Origin: Eledone cirrhosa
Lineage: Eukaryota
DNA: 64,000 bases
Assembly (NCBI GenBank): GCA_964016885.1
Contig: OZ024740.1
Span: 122,078,001-122,142,000 of the forward strand
Reading direction: 5' to 3'
Below, in pieces: positions 40,001 through 52,883 of this stretch. The position numbers were made by a program, and so were the translations under genes. Numbering within the stretch: position 1 is the first letter of the stretch; every line of letters starts with the position of its first letter. Below the pieces are notes generated by a model. It had not been told where the DNA came from. It did not search any database and worked only from the letters and a program-made list of their open reading frames with translations.

Positions 40001-41199
40001 AGATTGTGATGATAAATTAATTATGAAAACATAATTATTTATTATAATTCTACGGACTGAAAAAAATATTAGTATTATCTTTGATTATTGTAATTTAGAT
40101 CGAGATGATAGTATTCATAAGTGGAAGATTGTTTGATTTGAAGTGTAGTAGAACTAATATATTTAGTGGGTGTATTGGTATTATAGATTAAAATATAATA
40201 GAGAGCGAGTAATAAAAGAACCAATAGTGGTTCCCCTAAATGAAATTCGTATCATTTGCAAACTGCTCTTGGCATTTACAATGACGATGTGATGAATACC
40301 ATTATTAACAATGAAATGCTTTTAACAACAACCTCGATAAAAGTGATTGTAAAGAGTAAGATTGGGATGATGGTGATGATGAGGAGGAGAGTGAGGAGAT
40401 TATGTTAATGCTGATGATAATGGTGATGTTTATATGACAAAGACGATGGGAATGATGCTGAAGATTAAGATCATGATAATGGTGTATTTTGAGGGGGCGA
40501 TGATCGCAATCATAATGATCCCGCTGCCAACATCGTGGATAACATAATATGTTATATCAAGTTAATAATATTGTATTAAGTAACATTGTTTATGATGTTA
40601 TGAAACCTGCATTACTAGAAATATTTCCACCCTCTTTGGCAGCAATACGTATATTAGCACCTGAAAAAGAAGTTTTTCCAGCTTACTTCTTAATTCGAGA
40701 AAAGGGACGTCAGAGAATGTTTACAATTCTGAGATAGCGGTGCACGCGTCATGAGTTTTGAAAGAAAATCCTAACGAGGAAGACCAATAACCAAACAATA
40801 AGTTTAATTTATTTTCTGACAACTTCTTTCTCATTTATCTCAATTCGTTCGAAAAGGAATCGTTATCAGTTGACGAACAAACGTGTACACTGTATACACA
40901 CATTCAGCCTTAATGAGATAATAATGTGTTGTGTATATTTATCACAGAACTTAAATTAATCACAGTCACACTAGATATTCCTCACATATTATATATGGAT
41001 CCAGTATAATACAGACATTTACACAAACACTATCAAACCAACGTGGAAAGTGCATATTTTTCATGATGGCATTATTCCACCTTTACAAGTTCCTTTTTAC
41101 AACATCTTCCTAGAATTCCATTATTTAGAAAAATTATAGTTAACGTCCATGTTTCAAATATTCGGTATAAATCTAATGACAAATATTAGCATTCATTAA

Positions 41200-41545
41200 A
41201 ATCGCTATCTTCGATTCGATATTCGTGCCAACGTTACTCGTTAGAATGCGTAGCTCAGAGGTCAGATAGCCGCTCCAGGTAGATCTTTTACTTCTAGGAA
41301 TTGAGATATCTGCTTAGAATGTCTCGGGAAAGAAGCGTTAGGCAAATTTTACAGGCAAAACCAGCTGGCAAGAGAACCAGGAGTAGACTCCAAACAAAAT
41401 GTATCGATGGAATCTTTGAGAATGGTTTATTTCGCATGGGGATTCAGCCGGAGCAATTGGAGACGGTTGTTTCTGACTTGACCCGCTGGAAGGAATGTTT
41501 GAAGATATTGCCCCACGACATTTTGGAGAAGAAGAAGAAGAAGTA
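41200..41545 (+). mobile_element. RTE-type LINE 3' end
   Basis: LLRMSRERSVRQILQAKPAGKRTRSR; short (GAA)n tail; homologous to 27550-27800. Confidence 0.7.
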
Positions 41546-41551
41546 GTTGTA

Positions 41552-41597
<46 letters not shown>

Positions 41598-41691
41598 CAG
41601 CAGCAGCAGCAACAGCAGCATCCGTAGCAGCAGTTGTAGTAGTAGTAGTAGTAGTGGTGGTGGTGTTGGTGGTGGTGGTGACGGTGGTGGT

Positions 41692-41763
<72 letters not shown>
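41541..41763. repeat. Compound (GTA)/(GCA)/(GTG) trinucleotide array
   Basis: Directly visible. Confidence 0.95.
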
Positions 41764-41899
41764 TTGTCATAGTCAGTAGTCCTGTTCTTACATCATTAAA
41801 CAGTAATGTATGAAATAGTATGTCTGCTACTGTGTCTCAACAGAAACAGAAACTCCGTCTGACTTCAGCTAAGTTAAGAAATATATATACATATGATTA

Positions 41900-42345
41900 G
41901 CTATTTTATCATAAATACAGACATTGTAACAGTTATGAAGAGTAAAATTACTTATTATTTAATATTTTAGTTCGTTAGAAATATAGATGACTGTGGGAAA
42001 ATGTATACTTTCTTAAAACATATGGTACCGAAGAATAAATATAGACATAAAACGGATAGAACACGTAATGCTATTGTCAATACAGGCGAGAAGAATCAAA
42101 TAATTGTATTTTATGGCTCATGCTCTGCGATTACTGTAACGGTTTGTCTGAAATATACCACGAAGCTTGAATATATTTTTACGATTCAACATAAAGATAT
42201 GGCCTTATTTAAAATTATATTTCCATATATGAAAAGATGTTAGAAAAAACATTCATACGTAGAATAATGTAAAATAATATTTTTTAGGTTATATAGACAT
42301 AACTGATGGCTTATACTGCAAACCTAATGAAAGCAGGTAGTCTTA
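41900..42345 (+). pseudogene. Degenerate tandem LDLa repeats
   Basis: ~41985 IDDCGK; 42090-42170 EESNNCILWLMLCDYCNGLSEIYHEA*; 42314-42340 YCKPNESR* (cf. CxPNEFRC). Confidence 0.65.
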
Positions 42346-43143
42346 TATAGATCTGATCGTATATATGTTTCATTTAAATTTTACGAAGTTCCAATTTCTA
42401 CGTTCTTAGTATAGCTTCGATAAAAAAAATTGACACGAGACATCCGTTCAATAACTTCTCGCAATACGTACTGTTGTTATAACTCTATCACTTATATTGT
42501 CTCTCGTTTTATGCTAAAGTTTTATTTTGACCTAATAATCTCGTAATATCATTAATAAGGTTGTATGTTAAAGCTAGCTGATAATCTGAAAATAAAAATA
42601 TCATAACCGTAATGTGACGATAACATCTTTTGATACTTAATATTCTTCCATTAAAGCACTTCTTCCTAATAATACAATAATCCTTTTCTATAAGTCATAA
42701 AACTGAAATTAATTTACTTTTATTCATCTTACGAAAAGTCAGAGTAATTTTATCCTACTAAGGAATAACCATATGGTTAGGATTAGAAACAATAGTGAAA
42801 TCAACGATGATTAAATCTCTCACGTTACATTTCGCATTGTTTTCTGCTGATCAAAGTTGCCTGAAAACTATTTATTTTAATCATTTTCTTATATCCTATA
42901 GAATGCTGGAGAAAAAGAATAGATTACCTACAGCATGATTCATGCTGCTATCAGATAGTAAAACTTCCACAAAGAAATTCCTCTTTATGAAAGAAAGACA
43001 TCAGTTCCTTACATGCAAATTATATATAATTAAGCATTACATTTGTTAAATATATATATACGTATTAAATATACTCCATTACATGCATTTCACTAACTAT
43101 CTCTTTCTCTCTCCCTCTCTCTCTCTATCTCTCTCTCTCACAC

Positions 43144-43205
<62 letters not shown>

Positions 43206-43259
43206 ACACACTCACACACACACACACATATATATGTATATTATCTATATATGAATGTA

Positions 43260-43470
43260 GGGCGTGGATTGGCAGTATCGGTAGAGGGTCGAACGTCATG
43301 CTTTTCAGCAAAGAGTTACGGCCCTTTATGATCTGAGTTCAAATCCCGCCGAGGTTAACTTTCATCCTTATGGGGTTGGTAGAATAAAGTACCAGTCACG
43401 CACTGGGGTCGATTTAATCGACTTTCCGCACCCTCAAAATTGCTGGCCTTGTGCCTATATAAGAAACCAA
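43260..43470 (+). mobile_element. SINE (main family)
   Basis: Box A, box B and core as at 37770. Confidence 0.85.
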
Positions 43471-43819
43471 TATATATATATGAAAGAGTATAATGTATGT
43501 ATATATATATAATGTATATATGCATATGCATATATATATATATATAAATTAGCGAGAATCGCATTTCGGCTATATTTATATATATATATATATATATATA
43601 TACAGTATTTATGTATCGGGAGAGAGAAAAAAGGGGAGGATGGGTGATATATATAGTTATTTGCCAAGTAGCGTATGCCAAAGGTGCTCGATACTAGTGC
43701 CGGCAGTATTAAATATTAGAAGTGTTAATATTTAGTAGGCTAGAGGGTTAGCAGAGCGTAAGTACGTGGAAATCTAAGAAATCGGAGAATAGACGTTAAA
43801 ACATGTTTATTTAAAACAG

Positions 43820-43860
43820 TACCTACGTACGTTTCGCCCAGTTGGGCTTCTCAAGGGCAT
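43820..43860 (-). ncRNA. Minimal hammerhead ribozyme (inverted copy)
   Basis: Minus TTGAGAA-GCCC(aact)GGGC-GAAA-CGTACG-TA. Confidence 0.72.
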
Positions 43861-46505
43861 AAATAAACAAAAGTGTTCGGAAAGAGTTTTGGGGGTTAAA
43901 TTCACGTCGAGGATCATTGCTCGCAAAAATAGCGTGTTTTGATTTTGCAGCAGGTCAAGGGAGGTAACTCTGGCCGGTGTTAGGGCAGTCTTTCCCGGAC
44001 AAAGTTTTATCCGTTACAAGATGAGGTTACAACCGTACCATTGTCGATGCGCACAGGGTCATGTAACCAACGCTTATTTTGCGACGTTTGTTGCGACACC
44101 TGTTTGTCTGGGTCGTTTGAGGCTGGATCTGCTATGCATGGTTAGTTTCCTGGGTGTTATTTTGCAGCGCCTGCCCGCCGGGGTGTTAAAACTTGTTGCA
44201 GGGAGATCTGGTGCACTGTTTCACTCCTCATCCTTAACCCATCTGAAGAAGGATATTTTTTAGCGATGTGTAAAACTTATCGCTGTTTCAGCTCTGCTGT
44301 TGATGAGCTCGTGGGGTGCAGTTATGATGTGGTAGAGCTCCATGAGGCAAAGATCGCACTTCCTCTTGAAGTTGTATAGTGCAGCCCTGCCAACAATATC
44401 CCAGTGCGTGGAGAAGCTGATGTTTAAGCCCTTTAGTGATGTGATGTAGTTCGCGAGCGAAGTGGAGTGTCTTTGGTTTTTATTTGTGAAAGAATGGAGA
44501 TGTGTTCATAACCTAATTTTGAATGGGCCGGAGGTAGCCCATATATAATGTTTAACGCTATTGTGGCTAGTTACAGTGCCTCTCTATATAACCCTATCAG
44601 TCAATCAGTATCCTCTAAGAGGCCAACGTCCTCTGTCGCTGCAGTTGCAATTTCTGTCGCGGTATCATTGTTGCTGCCAACGTTGTTATCTACGCTCCTG
44701 CAGCTGTCGTTAGCACCGTTCCAGCCCACAGCACGCGGGGTGGTGCGATTGTTATTTCGCACGTCATGTCCTGCATGCTCCCCACTCATTTCGCGGTTAT
44801 GCTGGTTGCTTCTGCGGAGGCCGTTGCCAGCACTATTGGATACTGCTAGGGAGTTGTTAAGGCCGATATAGTTACTGTCAGGTGTAGGCGCGTCTGTGTG
44901 TAGGCGCTGTGTCTTGGTGATCTTACTGTGGTTCGTTGTTCCTATGATGTCTGCTAGGTTAGGAGTAGTAGAGAAGGATATTTTTATATTCCCCTACTAC
45001 AAAACCAACAAAGGCGACGGCTACTACCAGCGCCTTCCAACCAACATCTTCCTGTACATAAACATGGAAGAGGGAAGAAGAGTGCACCCGAGCATAAAGT
45101 GAAAGGGGCACCTAACGGGCTACAGCGCATTAACATACATAAGAACAGTCATCTAGATGGAACCACCCGTAGCAAATGTACAAGGACACGTAATCGTCAC
45201 CGTAATGTCCTATGCCCTCCCCCCCCCCCTACTCTCGGTGTGTGGCCTCCAACATACCCCGGATATTTTTCGAAGCCTTAGAGAAGAACTTCCGCCCAAC
45301 CATAGGTATAGAAAAATTCTTAATAGGAACAATATAAAAATATCCTTCTCTACTACTCCTAACCTAGCAGACATCATAGGAACAACGAACCACAGTAAGA
45401 TCACCACGACACAGCACCTCGACACAGAAGCGCCTACACCTGACAATAACTATATCAGCCTTAACAGCTTCCTAGCAGCATCCAATAGTGCTGACAACGG
45501 CCTCCGCAGACGCAACCTGCATAACCGCGAAATGACTGGGAACATGCATGTCATGACGTGCGGAATAACAATCGCACCACCCCGCGGGCTGTGGGTTGTA
45601 CCGGTGCTAACGACAGCTGCGGAAGCGTAGATAACAACGTAGGCAGCAACAATGATAGCCTTACCATGGGAAACGGATAGAACCGCGACAGAAATTGCAA
45701 CTGTCGCGACAGAGGACGCTGCCCCCTTAGAGGATACTGCTTGACTAATAGGGTTATATATAGATGCACTATTACATCCCTAACGCTTGCGACAATAGCC
45801 TTAAACATTATATAGGGGTTACCTCCGGCCCGTTCAAAATTAGGTTTCGAACACATCACCACTCTTTCACAAATAAAAAACTAAGACACTCCACTTCGCT
45901 CGCGGTCTACATCGCATCACTAAAGGACTTAAACATCAGCTTCTCCACGCACTGGGATATTGTCGGCAAGGCTGCACCGTACAACTTCAAGAGGAAGTGC
46001 GATCTTTGCTTCATGGAGCTCTACCACATCATAACAGCACCCCACGAGCTCATCAACGGCAGAGCTGAAACAGCGATAGGTTGTACACATCGCATAAAAA
46101 TATCCTTCTTCAGATAGGTTAAGGATGAGGAGTGAAACCGTGCACCGAACCACCCTGCAACAAGTTTTAACACCCCGGCGGGCAGGTGCTACAAAATAAC
46201 ACCCAGGAAACTAACCATGCATACCAGACCCAGCCTCAAACGACCCAGACAAACAGGTGTCGTAACAAACGTCTCAAAATAAGCGTTGGTTAAATGCCCT
46301 GTGCGTATCGACAATGGTAAGGTTGTAACCTCATCTTGTAACGGATCAAAATGTGTCCGGGAAAGACTGCCCTAACACCGGCCAGAGTTACCTCCCTTGA
46401 CCTGCTGCAAAATCAAAACACGCTATTGTTGCGAGCAATGAACCTTGACGCAAATTAAACCCCAAAACTCTTTCCGAGCAAGGTAAGGAATACTTTTGGT
46501 TATGT

Positions 46506-46547
46506 ATGCCCTTGAGAAGCCCAATTGGGCGAAACGTACGTAGGTGC
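46506..46547 (+). ncRNA. Minimal hammerhead ribozyme, U3-A8 variant
   Basis: TTGAGAA-GCCC(aatt)GGGC-GAAA-CGTACG-TA, with palindromic CGTACG and a GUA triplet. Confidence 0.72.
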
Positions 46548-46601
46548 TGTTTTAAATAAACATGTTTTAACGGTCTATTCTCCGAATTCTTACTTTTCCA
46601 C

Positions 46602-46647
<46 letters not shown>

Positions 46648-47741
46648 TGTGTGTCTCTATTTATATATATTCAAAATAGGGTGCGTAAAGGACAACGGCA
46701 ATGGTTTAAAACCGGAAAGGCGGACAGTCCCATCTTCTCAGTTATCCTCCGGAAACAAAACACTTTTTGTTAATTAAAGCCGATACTCTTCATTCTAGTG
46801 CACATTCGGACACAAAAAACCAGGTAGAGACAAGTAAAGTACAATAGAAAATACATGTTACATTTCATGCACTTGTTTATTTCAGAATCTAATAGTTTCA
46901 CTTCAGCTGAAATAACAAACATTACGAAAATGTTACGTGTCTTTATATAGTTAAGGTGGCAGTCTATTTCACTGCTATAATGCACGATATCAATGGCTTG
47001 TAACTCAATATAATAGAATTGCTTTTAACATAACATCAAATTTGAAGTAAATTAATAAAAATCTGTCAAATACAACATTCAATCTTCTTATCTCTGTATT
47101 ACACAGGCGCGTTTGTCGAAGAACATATGTAAACGGTTAATAGCTCTGCAAATTAACAACTAAAGGAAACAAAAAAAAAAGCTTTGATACAAATACATGG
47201 TGTTGCTGATAATAATGTAAATTATATTCGCAATAATTCTAACATTTTTGCAGTTTAATGATTAGTATAATAAATTGAATTACTATTTATTACTAGCATA
47301 CATAATTTAGTTTGAATAGATTCTATTCAGTCTGATTACAGAAGAAGAAAGAAACAAGATGCACCCGAAATTTAATATAAATAGTATATCTAACACCAAA
47401 TTGAAAGAGATCTGCTGACTGCATTAAATGTATTAGGAGCAGGTTTGCTATGATCACGTTTCTGAAAAATAAGTCAGAAATTAGAAATTTTGACAGTTTA
47501 GTAGTACTAAATTAGACATAGGATAGTTGCTTCTAAACGACACACGAAAAGATGAAAGCTGCCCAAAATATCAGTCGTTTTGCCATCAGGTAATCTTTCA
47601 CCAACGTAACGTTATTTGGCAGCTTTCATTCGTATCGATTTGTTAATGTAGATAATAAAATTGCGTTGTTCTCATGTGAAAAAGTGTTTGAATGAGAGAG
47701 ATAGACAGACGGAAAAAATTAGAGTAAAATTATATATATAT

Positions 47742-47860
<119 letters not shown>

Positions 47861-48907
47861 GGGAAGAACAATATCTGTAGGAAATGAGACTGATACATGT
47901 AGATGTAAAAATCTAGGATAAAGAAATCTCCGCAACCACAATTGATAGAAGAATTAAAGCAAGCAACATAAAAATATATAAGATAATAAAATCCTCTGAA
48001 AAATGCAGTATTAGTGCGATTGTTAGTGCATCGTATTTATAATCTATTCTTGGGACGTTCAAGAATATTTTCTATAAAAGACTTCAAAATAAACGCATCG
48101 TTCTATAATGAGGGCAGAGTAAATAAGTAAGGGGAAATACGATTCTAGCGGCTACGAATAAAATATCAATGCTAACAATTTGAACGCTATGGTAAGGTAA
48201 TTAATATATCCGGTCAACTGCTTACATAATTTCGCCAGCTTGTTTTCTGTTGTGCCTCAGGCACCTTTTAGCTACACATATTACACAAGTGAATAGCTCT
48301 GTTATATAAATTTATATAGATCTTGGAGAGAGTCTGCTATAGATTGTATCACATTATGTGAGTTGTTTGGAAGAGTGTGCGATTAGGTATTTGTGTGTGA
48401 ATGTTTTCTCAAAGTTGATATCTTCATGTGTTTCGGCGTATGTATGAGACATTTAGAGGTTTGAAGTGTTTTTGCTTTTTCCTGTGTGCATATGATTGCA
48501 CGCATTTGCATGTGTGTGTCTTTTCAATTAGTTTCTAAATGAATGTCTGCCTGAGCATCAGTGCATAGATGAATATGTTCGTTTATAGGTTTACTTTTGT
48601 GTATATAAATATCGCTACATTCAACTTGTATGTTTATAGGTGGGTGTACATGTATAGTGAGGTGTGTATAAGATTCGAAAATCTTAGCGAGGAATTCTTT
48701 CTCCTATCAGGGCGATGGTACTTGTGAATGCACTTAAATTAAATTGTCTCGTCCATGAATTGATCTTGCCGCCCTAACAAGCTGCGTAAATATTCTACAC
48801 AAATGCCCTAACACACACATATACACACACAGCCTTCTTATGCCACAATATGTTTTAAGAAGGACGCATATGTGTATATACCAAAATATTTATTTCAATC
48901 CATTTAT

Positions 48908-49105
<198 letters not shown>

Positions 49106-49486
49106 ACATACACACGATATATATATATATGTATTTATATGTGTCTGGGTGTTTGTTTGTGTGTGCGTATGTGGTGTGTGAATCCCTAAACCTGTAGGAG
49201 GATTCGGAAATAAATAAACTTAAATATATGACGTACGATGCATAGCAATTTAAGGTGAATACAATGATAAATATGTGCTTTGGTCATCAGTCAGTTTAGA
49301 GGCTGAGATTTCCATCACATTCAACGACAGAGCCTACTGATAATGAATTTAATGTGTGACTGGCCAACGTACAGAGTCGAGTGTACAAGGTATTTCTCAC
49401 GGCGAATAAGCGTGACACAGTGTGACACGGTTAAGCATTTGAATTATAGGTAAAGGTTCTTTTTGTGAGGCTCATGATAATGATTT

Positions 49487-49660
49487 CGGATTTAGGAACA
49501 TGGCCAACGTCTATTAATTCGACATCAGTGTGTTACTGGTACTTAAATTATATCGATTACGTAGGGTTGAAAAACTACGGTGAGATTTGAACTTAGAACA
49601 TAAAGGGCCGTCCCTTTTAGTCGCAAGTCATGTTGTTCAACCTCTACTAATACTGCCAAT
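49487..49660 (-). mobile_element. SINE (main family, diverged)
   Basis: TACTGGTACTT...GATTTGAACTTAGAAC...TACTGCCAATC. Confidence 0.65.
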
Positions 49661-50676
49661 CTCCCATCCTTTGACAAGTTAATGCTAATAATATGTATAA
49701 TTATATTTTTTCAGTAATTCTGATTATTTCTATTGTAAGCTTTCTCGATGCCCTTTGGTTATATGTTGTGTTTTGTTTTGATTTTTGTAATATACTTTAG
49801 CATAAAATCTATATGTGTACTATACATTCTATTGCTATGGTGTTTATATTTGCAAGACTTTTAGTAGGGTTCCAGGCACCAAATATTATAAAGCTTTCTT
49901 TCAGTTTCAGATCCAACCATAATCATTTCTATTTCCCGATTTTTCTTGTAATTTTTTTGTTAATTCAGAGATGTATTATAATATATGAGTTCTCTATTTT
50001 GAGACTGAAACGACTATTAGATGTCGTTTCTTTTGTTTGTTGTCCGTGACAAAATTATTCAGTTAATTAGCTTGAACTCGCTTTTTGTGTGGATTGGCAT
50101 ATCCCAGTGTACGAGTAATTTCTCATTCTTTGAGGTACATAGTGTATGTTTATACATAATATGGTTGTGTCGGGGTGTTTCCAGTCATTGAATTGGCATG
50201 GTATTCTCTTTTTTTAGCATATTTCGTAACCCTTTCGCATTCTGGCCTTCTGTGCTGTTATTTTTCCCTTTCTCGTAACAATTATCTTCCATTTCAACTG
50301 GTTTTGTATATTTGATTAGCGTGTGTTTCGTATATTTTAGGGATTTCTATTAATTTACAGTTATCATTTACTAGATAATTGTTATAAAAGTAGATTAAAT
50401 ATTTTATGTACATAAGACAGTTACAACTAAGGATAACATTTACAATATAAGGGGTCTTCAATTGCGCCCCCCCCCCCCAATTAACAATTTTAAGACACCC
50501 TGGATGATTAAAATACCGCACAGAAAAACATGTCAAATGCTAGATCTGGAAATAGAGAAACTCAAAGACAATAAGCTCGTCTAAAAAACAGCGACACGTT
50601 AGCGTCATCCAGAAGGAAATATGCAATATGACAAGTTATATTTAAATCAGTGTATTACATATGTGAAAATCTTGTG

Positions 50677-50990
50677 TTAACACATTACTTTATTATGAAC
50701 CTTAATTGAATCATTGAACGATGAAAGCCTCTGGATGGTCACTTCATATGCAAATTCGAATAATTCTTCCGGGGTGCAACCGAATATCATAAAAGGAGGA
50801 TAGGACAGGAATAATATATTCATTATCATACAAAATATAACAATGTGCGAAGTCTCCTCCCAACGTAGATCAGTGTGTTTAGAGCATACCAATAGCTACA
50901 GAATAACAACAATGTCAAATATCAGCATATATTTGCCTTACAGATGAACGAGGACGTGAAAAGGGTAATACCTGCTTCACAGACACAACG
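50677..50990. pseudogene. LDLa-like fragments in opposite orientations
   Basis: Minus 50892-50750 VCSKHTD-(fs)-GGDFAHC and GCTPEELF; plus 50943-50985 DERGREKGNTCF (cf. SDExGC...TC). Confidence 0.45.
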
Positions 50991-51270
50991 AAAACTGGTA
51001 ATGACAAGATAGGTACTGTTATATGTGTGCTTGGGTATCTCTATCCCTAACGACTTAAACAATTGCTTTCTCATCTCATTCGCAAACATATAAATAAGTG
51101 TCTATCAAGTTGTAATAAAAGTAAAGCAATAAACATTTATTCGTTGTATTATTTTTATTTAAATGTTTTGCTAGATATTCACACAGTTATAATAGCAATT
51201 CACATAGCGTCATCATGCTAATTATGACCAAACGACAATGTCTTGAAGTAATATATATTACTATATAAAA

Positions 51271-51445
51271 AGGGCGACGATTTGGCAGTATCGGTAGAGG
51301 CTTTCTAGCATAGTTACTTCCTATTACGATCTCAGTTCAAATCCCGTCGAGGTTAACTTTGCCTTTCATCCTTACGGGGTCGATAAAATAAAGTACCAGT
51401 TATGTACTGGGTAATCGCTGGCCTTGTACCAAAAGTAAAAACACT
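51271..51445 (+). mobile_element. SINE (main family)
   Basis: Box A, box B and core as at 37770. Confidence 0.85.
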
Positions 51446-51580
51446 TATTATATAAGTAGTGGATGTGAAGTAACATTATTGAAGATTTAATGTAAGAGTA
51501 TGTAAATTGGTTTACACAACAGCTGAGACTTTACACATTCAATCTCGTATAATTACCATTTTTGTCGATAAGTATACTAA

Positions 51581-51769
51581 TTAACAGCTGCTTATTTTGA
51601 CATTAATTGGTGAAGCGTACAAGATTTGAATAACTCGATTTCCTCCATTTAAATTCATATTATTACTAGCAAACTTGTTTAACAAAATGAAATATATAGA
51701 ACAAGCTGCCGTTTCATATGCTAATTGTATTACGATCGATAAAGAAAATACCAGTAATATGGCGTACAT
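51581..51769 (-). pseudogene. YWTD-blade-like fragment
   Basis: ORF contains QLAYETAACSIYF...MNLNGGNRVI...P (cf. LAxDxxxxxIYW...xNLDGSNR). Confidence 0.55.
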
Positions 51770-52335
51770 GTCTTTGACTCACCACCTACTTCTCCATTCT
51801 TCAATGTTTAAGAAACATATCTGAGTTAGTGTTACGGAACATATTCTCTATTATTATGTCATACAGCCAAGAATATAAGTAGGTTTGGGAGAGCTATTTT
51901 ATAAACATATCAAATCACACTGAAATCTATAATATTCGTTGCAACAGAATTAATTATTCCTAATTGGGGCACAATGCTAGCAGTTTGAAGATGGACGAAT
52001 GGAATTGGCTAGTTGAGAACTCAGAATGCCAAGAGCAAGAAGAAATACGCCAAGGAATTGTAATCGATACTAATGATACAGCCAATCTTAAACCTGCTAA
52101 AATTATGCATCTAAAGTTTTTATATATATTTTAATCACGAACGAATTATCTAATAATATATATTATTTCATACATTTTACATTTACTGAAGAACCTAGGG
52201 GAAGATAGAATGCAAGAATCTATAAAACGAAATAAACTTTAGGCTTCAATAATGTTATGCTTCTCTTTCAAATATCACCCGTTCAAAATTAACCTTTTAC
52301 GAAAACATGGTCTGATCACATTTCAGAGTCACGGG

Positions 52336-52475
52336 AATGTTTATCTCCCTATATCTCTGACTATTACCTTGAGTAATGGTCATACCTATTTAATATAAGA
52401 AACGATAAGTTGAGATATAGCAAATTTTGAAGATATTTGCTGCTTGTGTTTGGCTGAAAGATATACTTTACTGTA
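52336..52475 (+). pseudogene. YWTD-blade-like fragments
   Basis: NVYLPISLTITLSNGHTYLI* and VFG*KIYFTV. Confidence 0.55.
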
Positions 52476-52752
52476 AACACATCAAGTGTTTAAACACCGC
52501 TTATAACATTACATGAGAGACCTGTGCTGTTGAAGCTAAAGAGGAAATAAATTGCTTGTGGTTTAGTCTCTTTTCTGAAATTAGTAATATTTGTATATAT
52601 GAGAAGACGACGAACTATGATGTACCACGAGATGTGTGTTTGGTTCAATTAATATCTAAATCGTATTTCTGCAACACAATTGTCCATGCATATTATTCTA
52701 CATTCTAATACATATAAAGTCAATATATGCAAGAGATACACAAGCACTCAGA

Positions 52753-52883
<131 letters not shown>

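Larger units (their letters stand above)
43763..46604. mobile_element. Naiad-type Penelope-like element: 5'-truncated + copy (44991-46604) with inverted copy (43763-44990)
   Basis: Arms 43763-44990 and 45331-46604 are reverse complements. The protein contains LPPNHRYRKILNRNNIKISFS, a CNCRDRGRCPLRGYC (CxCx5Cx5C) zinc finger, VIY...YIGVTSGPFKIRF and KCDLC. Confidence 0.85.

Noticed and set aside
44605-44607. In-frame TGA at the fourth Cys of the Naiad zinc finger in the left arm, suggesting selenocysteine
   Set aside because: The right arm has TGC there. The left arm also has TGG at the third Cys and a TAG a few codons later, so random decay explains it. No convincing SECIS is shared by both arms.
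47552-47629. Short inverted repeat ATGAAAGCTGCC...GGCAGCTTTCAT
   Set aside because: A single small hairpin with no second copy or TSD to support an element call.
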